A stretch of 20,000 nt of DNA from assembly GCF_004010195.1 (NCBI RefSeq), contig NC_057758.1, forward strand, positions 6,817,041-6,837,040. Direction: 5' to 3'. The notes under the pieces were generated by a model, which was given only the letters and a program-made list of their open reading frames with translations, was not told the origin of the DNA and did not search any database. Shown here piece after piece: positions 1 through 10,499 of the stretch. Both the position numbers and the translations under genes were made by a program. Each line of letters begins with the position of its first letter. The first letter of the stretch is position 1. This stretch comes from Chiloscyllium plagiosum. Its lineage: Eukaryota.

Positions 1-227
1 GATTGCCATGTAAGGAATAGTATCCTGCAGCATACAATCTTAGCCCATCATTTTGTTTCCACGTACGCACATTACAAAAAGTTTGCAGGACGGGTGTTGT
101 CTCTCGGCCTTGTCCTCTTATCTCTGGGATGTGAGAATTTTCCTGCTCTTTTGCCATTAGGCATGCAAGTTCATATAGGATGTGCCTTGCTGCTGTTGTG
201 GATTTGTGTTACGCCTTTTCAAATCTT

Positions 228-1290
228 TCAGGCCTGAAGATGGTTTCTGTCTGACCTCGTGCCGCTATTCTTTATTAGTTCCTGTGTTCGTCCATGTGGA
301 TTGGTCACGACACCTAAATACATCCTGTTTCTCGATGTTCTTTCCCAGCGATGTTCTGCTAATCCACTCTTTCCATTCACATATAATCTTTTCAGCAGCT
401 CTGACTGGTTTCCTTTTGAAATTAGTTTCATAATTAATGTAACTGGATATTTCACCATGCTCTTTAACTGTTCTCTGAACGTGGATTGCGTCTCAATATA
501 AATTAATGTGTTTGTGCAGCAATTTAAATTCAGCAAAATATGTGCAACTTCCTTAAATATGTATTCAGAATTGGCATCGAAGAGTTCATTAACATTAAAA
601 ATGAACAAAATATACGGTCACCACAACAGTATAAAACTTCTCGATATAGTGAGGAGTAAAATCACAGAATTCCGCCTGCTGTCCATCTCTGGATCAATCT
701 GTCCCTTGCCATGACCCTTCAGTCCCTTACGAACTCGACTATCCACTAATATATGCCTGTCTATCAGAGCATTGAGCAACAGAATTGAACCAAATGGTGA
801 CAATGGCATTAAAACCTTATCAACCATTCTACATGCAATCCATCTCGGGTCAGTAAATTCGCTTCATTTGTTCGAACAATACAGAGGAACATTGTGAATT
901 ATTCGCTTAGGCTTAAATCGGAAGTAAATGGGTGTGTTTTTAAACTAAAAAATATACTGATTGTTGCAAGAGCTCCTGTTGCAGTATTCCTGGTGCAATA
1001 TTTAAATTTAAGCCTCTCGCAACAAATAGCAATAATTCGATCAAAAGTAACAGCGAAAGTGAACCAGACTGAACAGTCCATTGCTCATCGAGCCAGGAGG
1101 TAGTTAACCTTACACACAGCAGTGAGTTTCAGGAGAGGCAACGGGAAATAATACCAATTGATTCGGAGAAGCATGACCTCAGTGATAATCGTCAGTAGAT
1201 CCGCCATTGCCATGGCCACCATGCAACGAGTGGTGCAGTTGGAGATCCCACACTTTCCCTGGGATAGGATGGCAACTGCCACGAGATTTG
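228..1290 (-). pseudogene. GPR139-like: GPR139-like class A GPCR pseudogene, copy A (main coding exon only; first exon missing)
   Basis: Minus-strand ORF pieces join into a 7TM receptor: ANLVAVAILSQGKCG (TM1), MAMADLL (TM2), TFDRIIAICC (TM3 DRY-like), PFGSILLLNAL (TM5), DPEMDSRRNSVILL (TM6), NCCTNTLIY (TM7). Intact acceptor ctcttacAG at 1292-1291. In-frame TGA stops at 1085-1087, 864-866 and 618-620, plus a -1 frameshift in the run at 937-941. The true C-terminus is uncertain (copy B stops at the position equivalent to 384-386). Confidence 0.88.
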
Positions 1291-1361
1291 CTGTAAGAGG
1301 AAAGAGGCAGAAGGATCTCAATTTTGTTTATATTCGTGTGGAGATAGTAAGCACTGAAATT

Positions 1362-1418
1362 GGACGTGCACACCCAGATCCCTCTGTTCCTCCTACACTG
1401 CCAAGAATCCCGTCTTTA
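1362..1418 (-). mobile_element. Short CR1 LINE remnant in the copy A intron
   Basis: Reverse complement ggattcttggcagtgtaggaggaacagagggatctgggtgtgcacgtcc matches the CR1 segment at ~10515-10562 (LGSVEEQRDLGVHV-type motif). Confidence 0.7.
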
Positions 1419-1765
1419 ATCATCTGTGTTAATCTCTGTGCATTGATATCAATTCTTTCCTAAAGCAGGACGTGTGACATCCAATTCTATTTAAAATTGT
1501 GCACCAGAAAGAAGATTAATCAAGATGTGAAAGTGCTGCCATTCAATCACTGCATCTAATTAGATTAAAATTAAATGATGTGTGAAACCGAATGCAATAA
1601 ATCACACAAGAGTAAATCTAATCTATGATTCGTCTCAGTAAGAAAAGACAACTGCTGTTATGGTTGTCCATTTTCATCGCACACAGTGGAATCTGACATT
1701 GATAATTCAACAATACCTATTATCAGGGAACCTCCCCCTTCCGGACTCTAGCTTCACAGGGCAGA

Positions 1766-1766
<1 letters not shown>

Positions 1767-1830
<64 letters not shown>
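1767..1830 (+). repeat. Perfect (CA)32 microsatellite
   Basis: Uninterrupted CA dinucleotide run read directly. Confidence 0.97.
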
Positions 1831-1831
<1 letters not shown>

Positions 1832-1834
<3 letters not shown>

Positions 1835-2055
1835 CAGGAACAACTTTTCCCTGGCTGTGTTAGACAGGTGAATGGACTCCTTGGCCTCAAATAATGATGA
1901 TCTTCCTTACGTTGTTCTGGCAGAGTGTGGAAACGTGCAATGTCTCTACCTCAATCGTCATGATCTGTACATCCACGCTTACTATCATCTGCCTGTTCTG
2001 CACATAAAAAAAACCTTTCACTGTAATTCTGTACATGTGACAATAAATCAATCAA
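1832..2055 (+). mobile_element. 3' end of a Rex1/Babar (or L2-group) non-LTR retrotransposon
   Basis: ttcaggaacaacttttccctggctgtgttagacaggtgaatgg resembles the decayed C-terminal motif FRNSFFPAVIRLLN. It ends in cttt-cactgt...tacatgtgacAATAAAtcaatcaa, a poly(A) signal followed by a short-repeat tail. Confidence 0.6.
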
Positions 2056-2099
2056 GACGGCGTCTCTTGTAGGGTCTGAACTGGAGGACGAACAAATTA

Positions 2100-2180
2100 T
2101 TCATAAAGGTGCACAAATGTCGAATTGCACGGTACAGAAACAGACACTTCGTGTCCAACTTGCTCTTGCCCAGATATCCT
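2100..2180 (-). mobile_element. Decayed CR1 3' UTR fragment
   Basis: acagaaacagacacttcgtgtccaact...agatatcc is the reverse complement of the CR1 3' end seen at ~19761-19815. Confidence 0.5.
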
Positions 2181-2201
2181 TACATTGTTGAACTCCTTTG
2201 C

Positions 2202-2276
2202 CAGAAACACAAACAGGAAATGCTGGAAAGAGCTCAACTGGTCTGGCAGCACTTGTGGATTTAATCAGAGTTAATA
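2202..2276 (-). mobile_element. Penelope-like terminal-repeat (pLTR) fragment
   Basis: aaatgctggaaagagctcaactggtctggcagca is similar to gtgctggaaaaccacagcgggtctggcagca at 9441-9471. It is truncated before the hammerhead core. Confidence 0.5.
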
Positions 2277-2289
2277 TGGCGCCCCTCTT

Positions 2290-3385
2290 TGGCCTCCAGT
2301 CTGAAACAGAACCTTCCACCACCATCTTGTCTCCCTCTTTCAAGGCAATTTTATATCCAAGTGGTTAGCTCTGCTAGATTCCATGTGATCAAACCTTGCT
2401 ATCTGGTCTACCATGCAGAACATTATCAAAAGCCTTGGTAAAGACCATTTGGACAAATCCCTGTTCCACCTTCATCAATCTTCTTTGTCACATCTTCAAA
2501 AATTCAATCAAGCTCATGAGACACGATTCCAACCGCACAACACCACGTGGAGTGCTCCTAATTAGTCCTTTCCTTTCCAAATACATGTAAATTCTGTCTG
2601 TGAGGACTTCCCCCAACAACGTACCAACCACTGACATCAGTGCCACTTGTCTCTACTTTCCTGCCATTTCCTTACCACCATTTTTAAGTATTGAAATCAT
2701 GTTAGCCAATCTCCAGTCTTCCAACGCCTTCCCACAAAGTGCTGGCTTTCATCTGATCACGTCCCTGGTCTTTATCCACATTTCTGTATTTTAAGATGCC
2801 CAGCACCTCCTCCTCAGTAATATGGACACTTTTTTGCATGCGACTGTACATTTTTCCAAGTTCTTCTGTTTTCATTTCCTTCTTAACAGTAAATACTGAT
2901 GTGGAACACTTGTTTATGAATCTCGCCTGTCTCTCTCAGTTCCACACATTCCACATGGCCTCGATGACTTTTCGGGGGAATGCGGATATAGGGGGGGGAG
3001 ACGGCTCTTCTCTCCCTCGTCACTCTTTTGTCCTAAACGTTTTTTGTGGAATATCTTTGGATTCTCCTTAACCATATTCACCAAAGTAACCTCATGTCCC
3101 CTTTTTGCCTCCTGCTTTTCCACCTGAAATCCTCCGATTTCCGTTATACTCCGTTCGGATTCACTCAATCTCAGCTGTCTGTAATTGACTAAAACCTCAA
3201 TCTTTTCTTGACCAGAGCCTCAATTTCTCTTGCGTTCCAGCATTCCTTCCACCTACCAGACTTGCCATTCATTCTGACAAGAACACACTGTCTCTGGGCT
3301 CTTTTCATCTCATCTTCAAAGGCATCCCACTTACGAACTGGCCAATTTACTGACCAAAACCTCTCCCAGTTACGTTTTAAAAGAC
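2290..3385 (-). mobile_element. Degenerate CR1 LINE ORF2 fragment with internal deletions
   Basis: Minus-strand pieces WDAFEDEMKRAQRQCV, AKRGHEVTLVNMVKENPKIF and VVEGSVSDWRP correspond to the CR1 ORF2 tether and RT regions. Many stops and frameshifts. Confidence 0.85.
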
Positions 3386-3637
3386 AGCAATGATGAGAGG
3401 GCAAGTGACACTGGCAGGTACAGAACCCTGGGGAGAGTCAGAACACCATCGTGCAGCCAAGGTGATGAAGAACACAAAGGCATTCTGCGGACAAACGCAG
3501 ATCCGTCTCACAGAAACTCTTTGTTCATGAATTGGATCTTTCTAGAATTTCATAAGAATGCTTGACCCTGACATTATTGTAATCATTCTCATATTGTTCT
3601 GGTCCTTTACACCTTGATTTCTTGGTAGATCTGCTAT

Positions 3638-3846
3638 AATCATCGAGATTTACAACATGGAATCACACCCTTCATCCAGGCCGACAAGATTTCCTAAATA
3701 AATCTACGTCGATTTGTCTACATTTGGCACATAACCCTCTAAACCCTTCCTATTAATGTCCCCATCTAGATGGCTTTTAAAGGCAGTAATTGCACCAGCC
3801 TCCACCATTTCCTCTGGCAGCTCATTCTACACACGCTTCACCCTCT
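3638..3846 (-). mobile_element. CR1 LINE 3' end
   Basis: Reverse complement gaatgagctgccagaggaaatggtggaggctggtgcaattactgcctttaaaagccatctagatg matches 19628-19690 (NELPEEVVEAG). Confidence 0.85.
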
Positions 3847-5206
3847 ACAAGTATTAGCCGTTCGACAGTTTTCAGAATCTTCCTGTCAATGAACAGTCCA
3901 AACACTAAGCAGCAGATCTCACATCACCACATAAACATTATTTTCCAACAGAAGACAATAAGGCGTGGGACAAGAAGACGATTCAACTAAACAACTTTGC
4001 TCTGTCAAAAAAAATCGTGACTTAGCTAATAATCCTCAGTTTCACTTTCCCACATTTTTTTCTGTGAATCTGAATCACTTGTACATTTAAGAGAAAGCCT
4101 CTACGAATGCACATATTAGTCAAACTTTGACAGCGACTGAAGTGAAGAATTCCAAATGCACCCTCTAAAAGGAGAAAATCATCCATATTTCTCAGCTAGG
4201 TGTTAGTGGTTGGCTACAGTATTGCTGGTGATGATGGCCCACGGTTCCCTCATGGATGTTCAATTTTAGTTACTGGATTCTTGATAGGTATGACCCACTT
4301 TGCCAGTAGTAGTGCCACATAACTCTGAGAAGGCATCTTCATAATGTGTGGGAATTCACTTCTGTCATGCCTGTGCGCTGGACTCTCCCAGAAATACCAT
4401 TGCGGAGAGATCCATCTGTGACAGGTAAGTTTGTTCAGAATCAGTTCGTTTAAGTTGCTTCCATTTGATGACCCACTAATCACTTTCTGTAGTCTAGCTG
4501 CTCTGCCTTTTATCTCTCAGCCTGTTGAGTCAGATTTTGTTTTCTATGGAGATTCTTTATGTGATGAGCATTGAAGTGTCACACCCGGAGCATGCTGTGT
4601 GCCCCTTCGATCTCAGTGTATTCCTCAATTTATTTTCATCATTGAAGAGGACTGATGTATCACTGATCTCAACCATTCCTTCAGTGTCGCCGAGTCAAAA
4701 TCCTGGAATCCCCTCCTTAATTATTTATTGTGGGTCTGCCTACAAAACACAGTCTGCAGAGGTTCAAGGAACAGCTCACCCATACCTCCACCCCACGTTC
4801 TCAAGAGGGGGAACGAGAGACGGGAGACAAATACCAGGCAGGCAAGTACCACCCAAGTCCCATGAATTAATAGAAATGAGATTTGATGAAGATGTTCGAG
4901 CTGTGGCTTCAGAGAAATGTCATTTCTCTCCTCACCCACAACGGAGCCCACCCTATTGGAGGATTTTCCATCCTTCTGACCTGCTCCACTCTTGAGACCT
5001 GACAGTGAAGTTGTTCGACTGTTGCAAGCGTTCAGACATGATTTTTTTTTTAAAAAGTCTGGAAAATGGTACAGGACACCACAATCCTTGAACTGTTATA
5101 ATTGATTCACAACCGAGGACATCAGCTAAAAATAGATAACACAGACAAACAGGTGTTGGATCCAATACGTTTTGTCCTTTAAATCAATGATTTGATTGTC
5201 ATTGGG

Positions 5207-7697
5207 TAGTTGTCATGGGAGACTTCAACTATCAAAATATTGACAGGGATCACTACTGTATGAGTACTATAGATGGGTCAGCTTTTGTCCAGTGTGTGCA
5301 TGAGGGCTTCCTGACATAGTATGGAGACAGGCCTACAAGGGGCAAAGTCACTTTAGATTTAGCGCTGGGTATCGAGCCTGGCCAGGTGTTAGATTTGAAA
5401 GTAGGTGAGCACTTTGGAGACAGCGATCACAATTTTGTCAGTTTTACTTTAGTGATGGAAAGGGATACGTGTACCCCACCAAGCAAGAGTTACAGCTGGG
5501 GGAAGGGACATTACGCTACAATTAGTAAAGATTTAGGAAGGGTAAAATGGGGAAGGAAACTGCAGGGGATGAGCACATTAAAAATGTGGAGCTTATTCAA
5601 AGAAAAATGACGAACATTCGTCGACCCAACACCGACCCAACACCGTGTGGACGTGATAATTTTGTGCCTGTCAGGCAGGAAGGAAGATATAGAATGCGTG
5701 AGCCGTAGTTTACTAAGGGAGTAGAATCCCTGGTCAAGACGAAGAAGAAGGCTTATGTTCCGACAAAATATGAAAAAAAGTTAGAGCGCTTGAGGGTTAC
5801 AAGGAAGTCAGGAAATCCAAAAAAAAACAGATTTCAGAAGAGCCAGTAGGAGACATGAGAAGTTGTTGGCGCATTGAAGCAGGATTAACCCTAAGCCTTT
5901 CCATAGGTATGTCAGGAATAAAAGAATGACGACAGCTAAATTAGTGCCAATCAAGGATAAAACTGGGAAGTTGTGTGTGAAGTTAGAGGAGGTAGGGGAA
6001 GCACGAAACATATATTTTTGTTCACTGAAGAAAATGAAAGTGTTGGCGACGAAGATACAGAGATACTTGCATCTGGACTAGAAGAGATTGAGGTTCACAA
6101 CGAAGAGGTATTAGATATACTGCAGAGTGTGAAAATAGATAAATCCACTGGGCCGGATGGTATCTATCCTAGGATCCTATGGGAAGCAAGGGAAGAGATT
6201 GCCGAGCTTTCGGCATTGATCTTCAAATCATCATTGTCTACAGGAATAGTGCGTGATGGCTGGAGGATAACAAATTTGGTTCCTTTTTTCAAAAAAGGGT
6301 ATTAGAGACAACCCTGGTAATTAAGGACCAGCAAGTTTCACTTCAGTTGGTGGTAAAGTGTTGGAAAATGTTCTAAGAGATAGGATGTATAACCATCTAG
6401 AAAAAAATAATCTGATCAGGGACAGTGAGCACGGTTTTGTGAAGGGTAGGTCGTGTATAACGAAACTTGTTGAGTTTTTTGACAAAGTGACCAAACAGAT
6501 GGATGAGAGTAAATCAGTTGATGTGGTGTATATGGATTTCAGCAAGGCGTTCGATAAGGTTCCCCACAGTAAGGTATTATACAAGATGCGGAGGAATGGG
6601 ATTGTGGGAGACATAGCAGTTTGGATCAGTAATTGGCTTGCTGAAAGAAACAGAGTGTTATGATTGATGGAACATGTTCATCTTGGTGCCCAGTTACTAG
6701 CGGCGTACCGCAAGGGTCGGTGTTGGGTCCACTAATGTTCGTCATTTTTATAAATGACCTGGATGAGGGTTTAGAAGGATGAGTTAATAAATTTCCGGAC
6801 GACACTAAGGTCGGTGGAGTTGTGGACAGTGACGAAGGATGTAGTGGGTTGCAGAAAGACACAGATAGGATGCAGAGCTGAGCTGAGAGGTGGCAAATGG
6901 AGTTTAATGTGGCCAAGTGTGAGGTGATACACTTTGGATGGGGTAATAGGAATGCAAAGTACTGGGCTAATTGTAAGATTCTTGGGAGTGCAGATGAGCA
7001 GAGAGATCTCGGTGTCCATGTACACAGATCCCTGAAAGTTGCCACCCAGATTGACAGGTTTGTTATGAAGGCATGCGGTGTTTTGACCTTTATTAATAGA
7101 GAGATTGAGTTCCGGAGCCAGGAGGTTATGTTGCAGCTGTACAAAGCTCTTGGTACGGTCACACTTGGAATATTGTGCACAGTTCTGGTCAACGCATTTT
7201 AAGAAGGATATGGAACCTTTGGAAAGGGTGCAGAGGGGATTTACTAAGATGTTGCCTAGTATAGAAGGAATGTCTTAAGAGGAAAGGCTGAGGGCCTTGA
7301 GGCTGTTCTCGTTAGAGAGAAGAAGGTTGAGAGGTGATTTAATAGAGACATACAAGATAATCAGAGGGTTAGATAGGGTGGAAAGGGAGAACCTTTTTCC
7401 AAGTATTGGGACGGCAAACATGAGGGGACACAACTTTAAAGTGAAGGGAGATAGGTATAAGACAGATGTCAGAGGTAGTTTCTTTACTCAGTGAGTAGTG
7501 AGGGTATGGAATGGTTTTCCTGCTACGGTAGTAGATTCGCCAAGTTTATTTGCATTTAAGTCGTCATTGGACAGGCATATGGACGTACATGGTATAGTGT
7601 AGGTGGGATGGACGTTAGATTAGTATGACAGGGCGGCGCAACATCGAGGGGCGAAGGGCCTGTACTGCGCTGTAATGTTCTATGTTCTTTGTTCTAT
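5207..7697 (+). mobile_element. 5'-truncated CR1 (HER1-like) LINE with a nearly complete but disrupted ORF2
   Basis: APE endonuclease motifs VVVMGDFNY and GDSDHN. RT motifs [45 protein letters not shown] (~6702-6731) and FPDDTK (catalytic FADD variant, ~6793). The 3' UTR ends in tgttctatgttctttgttctat. Multiple stops and frameshifts. Confidence 0.95.
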
Positions 7698-8480
7698 AAT
7701 GGGGACATGAGGTAACTTTGTGAATATGGTTAAGGATAATCCAAAGAGATTCCACAAATACGTTAAGGATAAAAGTGACGAGGGCGCGAATAGCCGCCTT
7801 CCCCCTTTCCCCTATCCCCCAAAAGGTCAACAAGGCCAACAATGTGTGGAACTGCAGAGATAGGCGAGACACTTAACAACTATTTCACATCAGCATTTAT
7901 TATTAATAGGGAAATGAAAGCAAATGAATTGAACAGCCACATCTTACTGAGGAGGAGGTGGTGGACACCTTAAAATGCACACAACTATTTCACATCAGCA
8001 TTTATTATTAATAGGGAAATGAAAGCAAATGAAATGAACAGCCACATCTTACCGAGGAGGAGGTGGTGGACACCTTAAAATGCACAAAGGTGGATAAAGC
8101 CCCAGGACATGATCAGATGAAAGCCAGAACTATGTACGAAGTTGGAGAATTGATTGTTGTGCCCCTTGCTGAGTTATTTTTAACATCGATCAATACAGAT
8201 AAGGTGCTGGAAGACTGGAGATTGGCTAACGTGATGTCAATGCTTTAGAAAGGAGGTCAGGAAACGGCAGGAACGTAAAGGCCAGGTAACCTGTTGTCAG
8301 TGGTAGGTACGTTGTTGGAGGGAATCCTTGGGAACATAATTTACATGTGTTTGGATAGGCAAGAACTAATTAGGAGCAGTCAACGTGGCGTTGTGTAGGG
8401 AAATCGTGTCTCATATGCATTATTGCATTTTTGAATAAGTGACAAAGAAGGTTGATGAAGGCGGAGCAGGGGATGTTGTC
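7698..8480 (+). mobile_element. Older degenerate CR1 ORF2 fragment abutting the tail of the 5207-7697 element
   Basis: KVDKAPGHDQ and LEDWRLANV motifs, ending at gttgatgaaggcggagcaggggatgttgtc just before the YMDFSKAF region. Confidence 0.85.
7876..8085 (+). repeat. 105-bp direct tandem duplication
   Basis: 7876-7980 equals 7981-8085 with two mismatches (7929/8034 and 7948/8053). Confidence 0.95.
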
Positions 8481-9393
8481 ATGGAAGGCAGGTTTCCGTG
8501 ATGGTGTGGGCTGAGCACCCCACATTCTGTATCATTTTGCAGTCAGAAACAAAAAAGCAACACTTTGGAATCGCGGTAGTTCTGAACGACTGGAGATGGA
8601 GATTTAAAGTACAGGACGACGCTGTGGTTGCACTGAATTTCGCATGTCCTGGCACCACTGTGTTTGGGGACTCCATAGGATTATGAGAATAATTACTTTT
8701 ATTTTACCACCTACTGCCTCGGCCCTGCAGTCACTGCAATCAAGTTGTCCAAAGAGTTAAATCTTTAAAAGATTCACATATATGTGCATTTTATTTTACA
8801 GAAATCGAGTGCATTAGATGGTGGTTCCACTTAATCATCCAAAACTCCATCTGTCAATTTTGGAAGTAGCTGCTATTGTAAACCAGGTAGATCATTGTAG
8901 AAGGGATTCAATTCGAGAACAAGAAAACTGACAGATGTGATAACTACAATGTGGGGTTCACACATTAGAAACAAAAAGGCATTGCTCCCCCCCCCGCCCC
9001 GTACATGTGAAAAACCTCATGGAGCTAAATTTTATACATTAGTAATGCAAAGGTGGTACTGGGGAACCATCCTTTTACATCCTGTCCCATGTGAAACCAG
9101 AAACATAACTGGGAGAAAATGAAGCTATGACAAATTTCTTCAAAAGCGAGTTGAACAAGCAGCTATGAGATAAAGTCCAGGAGAAAAAGAAGGAAGTGGG
9201 TGCGTGAGCTCAGCTGAGTGCAGGCTGAATAGTCACTTGCTGGGCTACGACTATCTTAATGGGTTTACGTTGGGGTTCTGATTTGTTTATCTAGATTCGT
9301 TAGGTCCAGCACTGGAACAGTATAAAATACAGATTTCAAGTTCATGTTGTAGTTTCGCAGTTTCCAAGCGTGAGGACAATTTTAAACTGATCA

Positions 9394-9598
9394 GTAGAAA
9401 GTGAGGACTGCAGATGCTGGTGATTCGAGTCGAGAGTGTGGTGCTGGAAAACCACAGCGGGTCTGGCAGCAGAGAGAGGCAGGAAGATCGACGTTTCGGG
9501 CAAAAGCCCTTCATCAGGAATCTGATGATAGGCTTTTGTTCGAACTGTCGATTTTCTTGGGATGCTACTTGACCTGTTGTGCTTTTCCTGCATCACAC
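9394..9598. mobile_element. Palindromic Penelope-like pLTR-derived insertion with 13-bp target-site duplication
   Basis: Arms 9435-9517 and 9522-9599 are imperfect inverted repeats around a gaat loop. tttaaactgatca flanks both sides (9381-9393 and 9599-9611). Confidence 0.8.
9486..9522 (-). ncRNA. Minimal hammerhead-ribozyme core (Penelope type)
   Basis: Minus strand reads gattc-CTGATGA-a-GGGC-tttt-GCCC-GAAA-CGTC-gatc: both conserved core boxes, a perfect 4-bp stem II and a GUC triplet. Stem III is reduced to the palindrome ACGT and stem I is weak. Confidence 0.6.
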
Positions 9599-9763
9599 TT
9601 TAAACTGATCAAACCTGGCCATTTTGAGTGTTTTAGGCTCCAGTTAAATCTCAACACCTGTGTTTTACATCAACAGGGGATACCACGCATGTTGTAATCT
9701 GTTTACTCAAAATTTACTAAATGAAAAAGATCACTTCAGTGTCCCGATAGATGCCCCTAAAAG

Positions 9764-9770
9764 TATAAAA
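9764..9770 (+). promoter_or_regulatory. Candidate TATA box of GPCR copy B
   Basis: Consensus TATAAAA about 85 nt upstream of the ATG at 9853. Motif and position only. Confidence 0.35.
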
Positions 9771-10126
9771 TGCATGTATTGAGATGGAACGTTTCAGAGT
9801 TGAACGTGGAAAATTGTCTGCAGTACAAACCCAACACATTTTCCCAGACAAAATGCACAATACCTTACGAGCTGTCAGGAAAATGTTTTATGCAATCCTT
9901 ACTATAATTGGTATTCCTGGTAAGTGTTTATTAGGCTTAAAATCGTTTAATTCTCTGTATGCATTGGCTTTTGATATGCACAGTGACTTCATATAGTATT
10001 TGCTGGCCATTCTAAGACCGACACCATAGCATTATTACTGGCACCAATACGTCATTTTTATCTGTACAATGCTTCTTTTTTCGCTGAAAATCCCTGTCTT
10101 GTTGAATTTCTTCTCGATCATAGGGA

Positions 10127-10168
10127 TGTGTGTCTGCGAATGTGTGTGTGTGTGTTTGCGTGTGCGTG
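10127..10168 (+). repeat. Interrupted (TG)n microsatellite, counterpart of the (CA)32 at 1767
   Basis: tgtgtgtctgcgaatgtgtgtgtgtgtgtttgcgtgtgcgtgt lies at the mirror position in the inverted duplication. Confidence 0.8.
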
Positions 10169-10499
10169 TTTCTGTATGGTCTGTCCTGTGAAGCCAAAGT
10201 CAGGAAGGGGAAAATTCCCTGATAATAGGTATTGTTGGAGATTATCAATTTCAGATTCCACTGTATGCGATGAAATTGGACAACCATAACAGCAGTCGGC
10301 TTTTCTTACTGAGAGGAATCACAGGTTAGAATTGCTCTTGTGTGGGTGATTGCATTCGGTTTCACACGTCATTACATTTAATCTATTGGCAGCAATTTCT
10401 CAACTTGATTAATCTTTCTGGTGCACAATTTTAAATATATTTGAATGTCACACGTCCTGCTTTAGGAAAGAATTGATATCAATACACAGAGATTAACAT

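Noticed and set aside
1660..1863. ORF with poly-(Thr-His)
   Set aside because: It is a translation of the CA microsatellite within intron sequence.
4525..4995. 156-aa ORF
   Set aside because: Non-ATG start and no recognisable motif; likely chance.
6626..7192. 188-aa minus-strand ORF (also 10462-10968 and 19515-19820)
   Set aside because: These are antisense shadow ORFs of CR1 ORF2.
9784..9852. In-frame upstream ATG extending the receptor N-terminus
   Set aside because: It lies only 14 nt after the candidate TATA box, so probably upstream of the transcription start. ATG 9853 has a better context (aaaATG). Not fully excluded.
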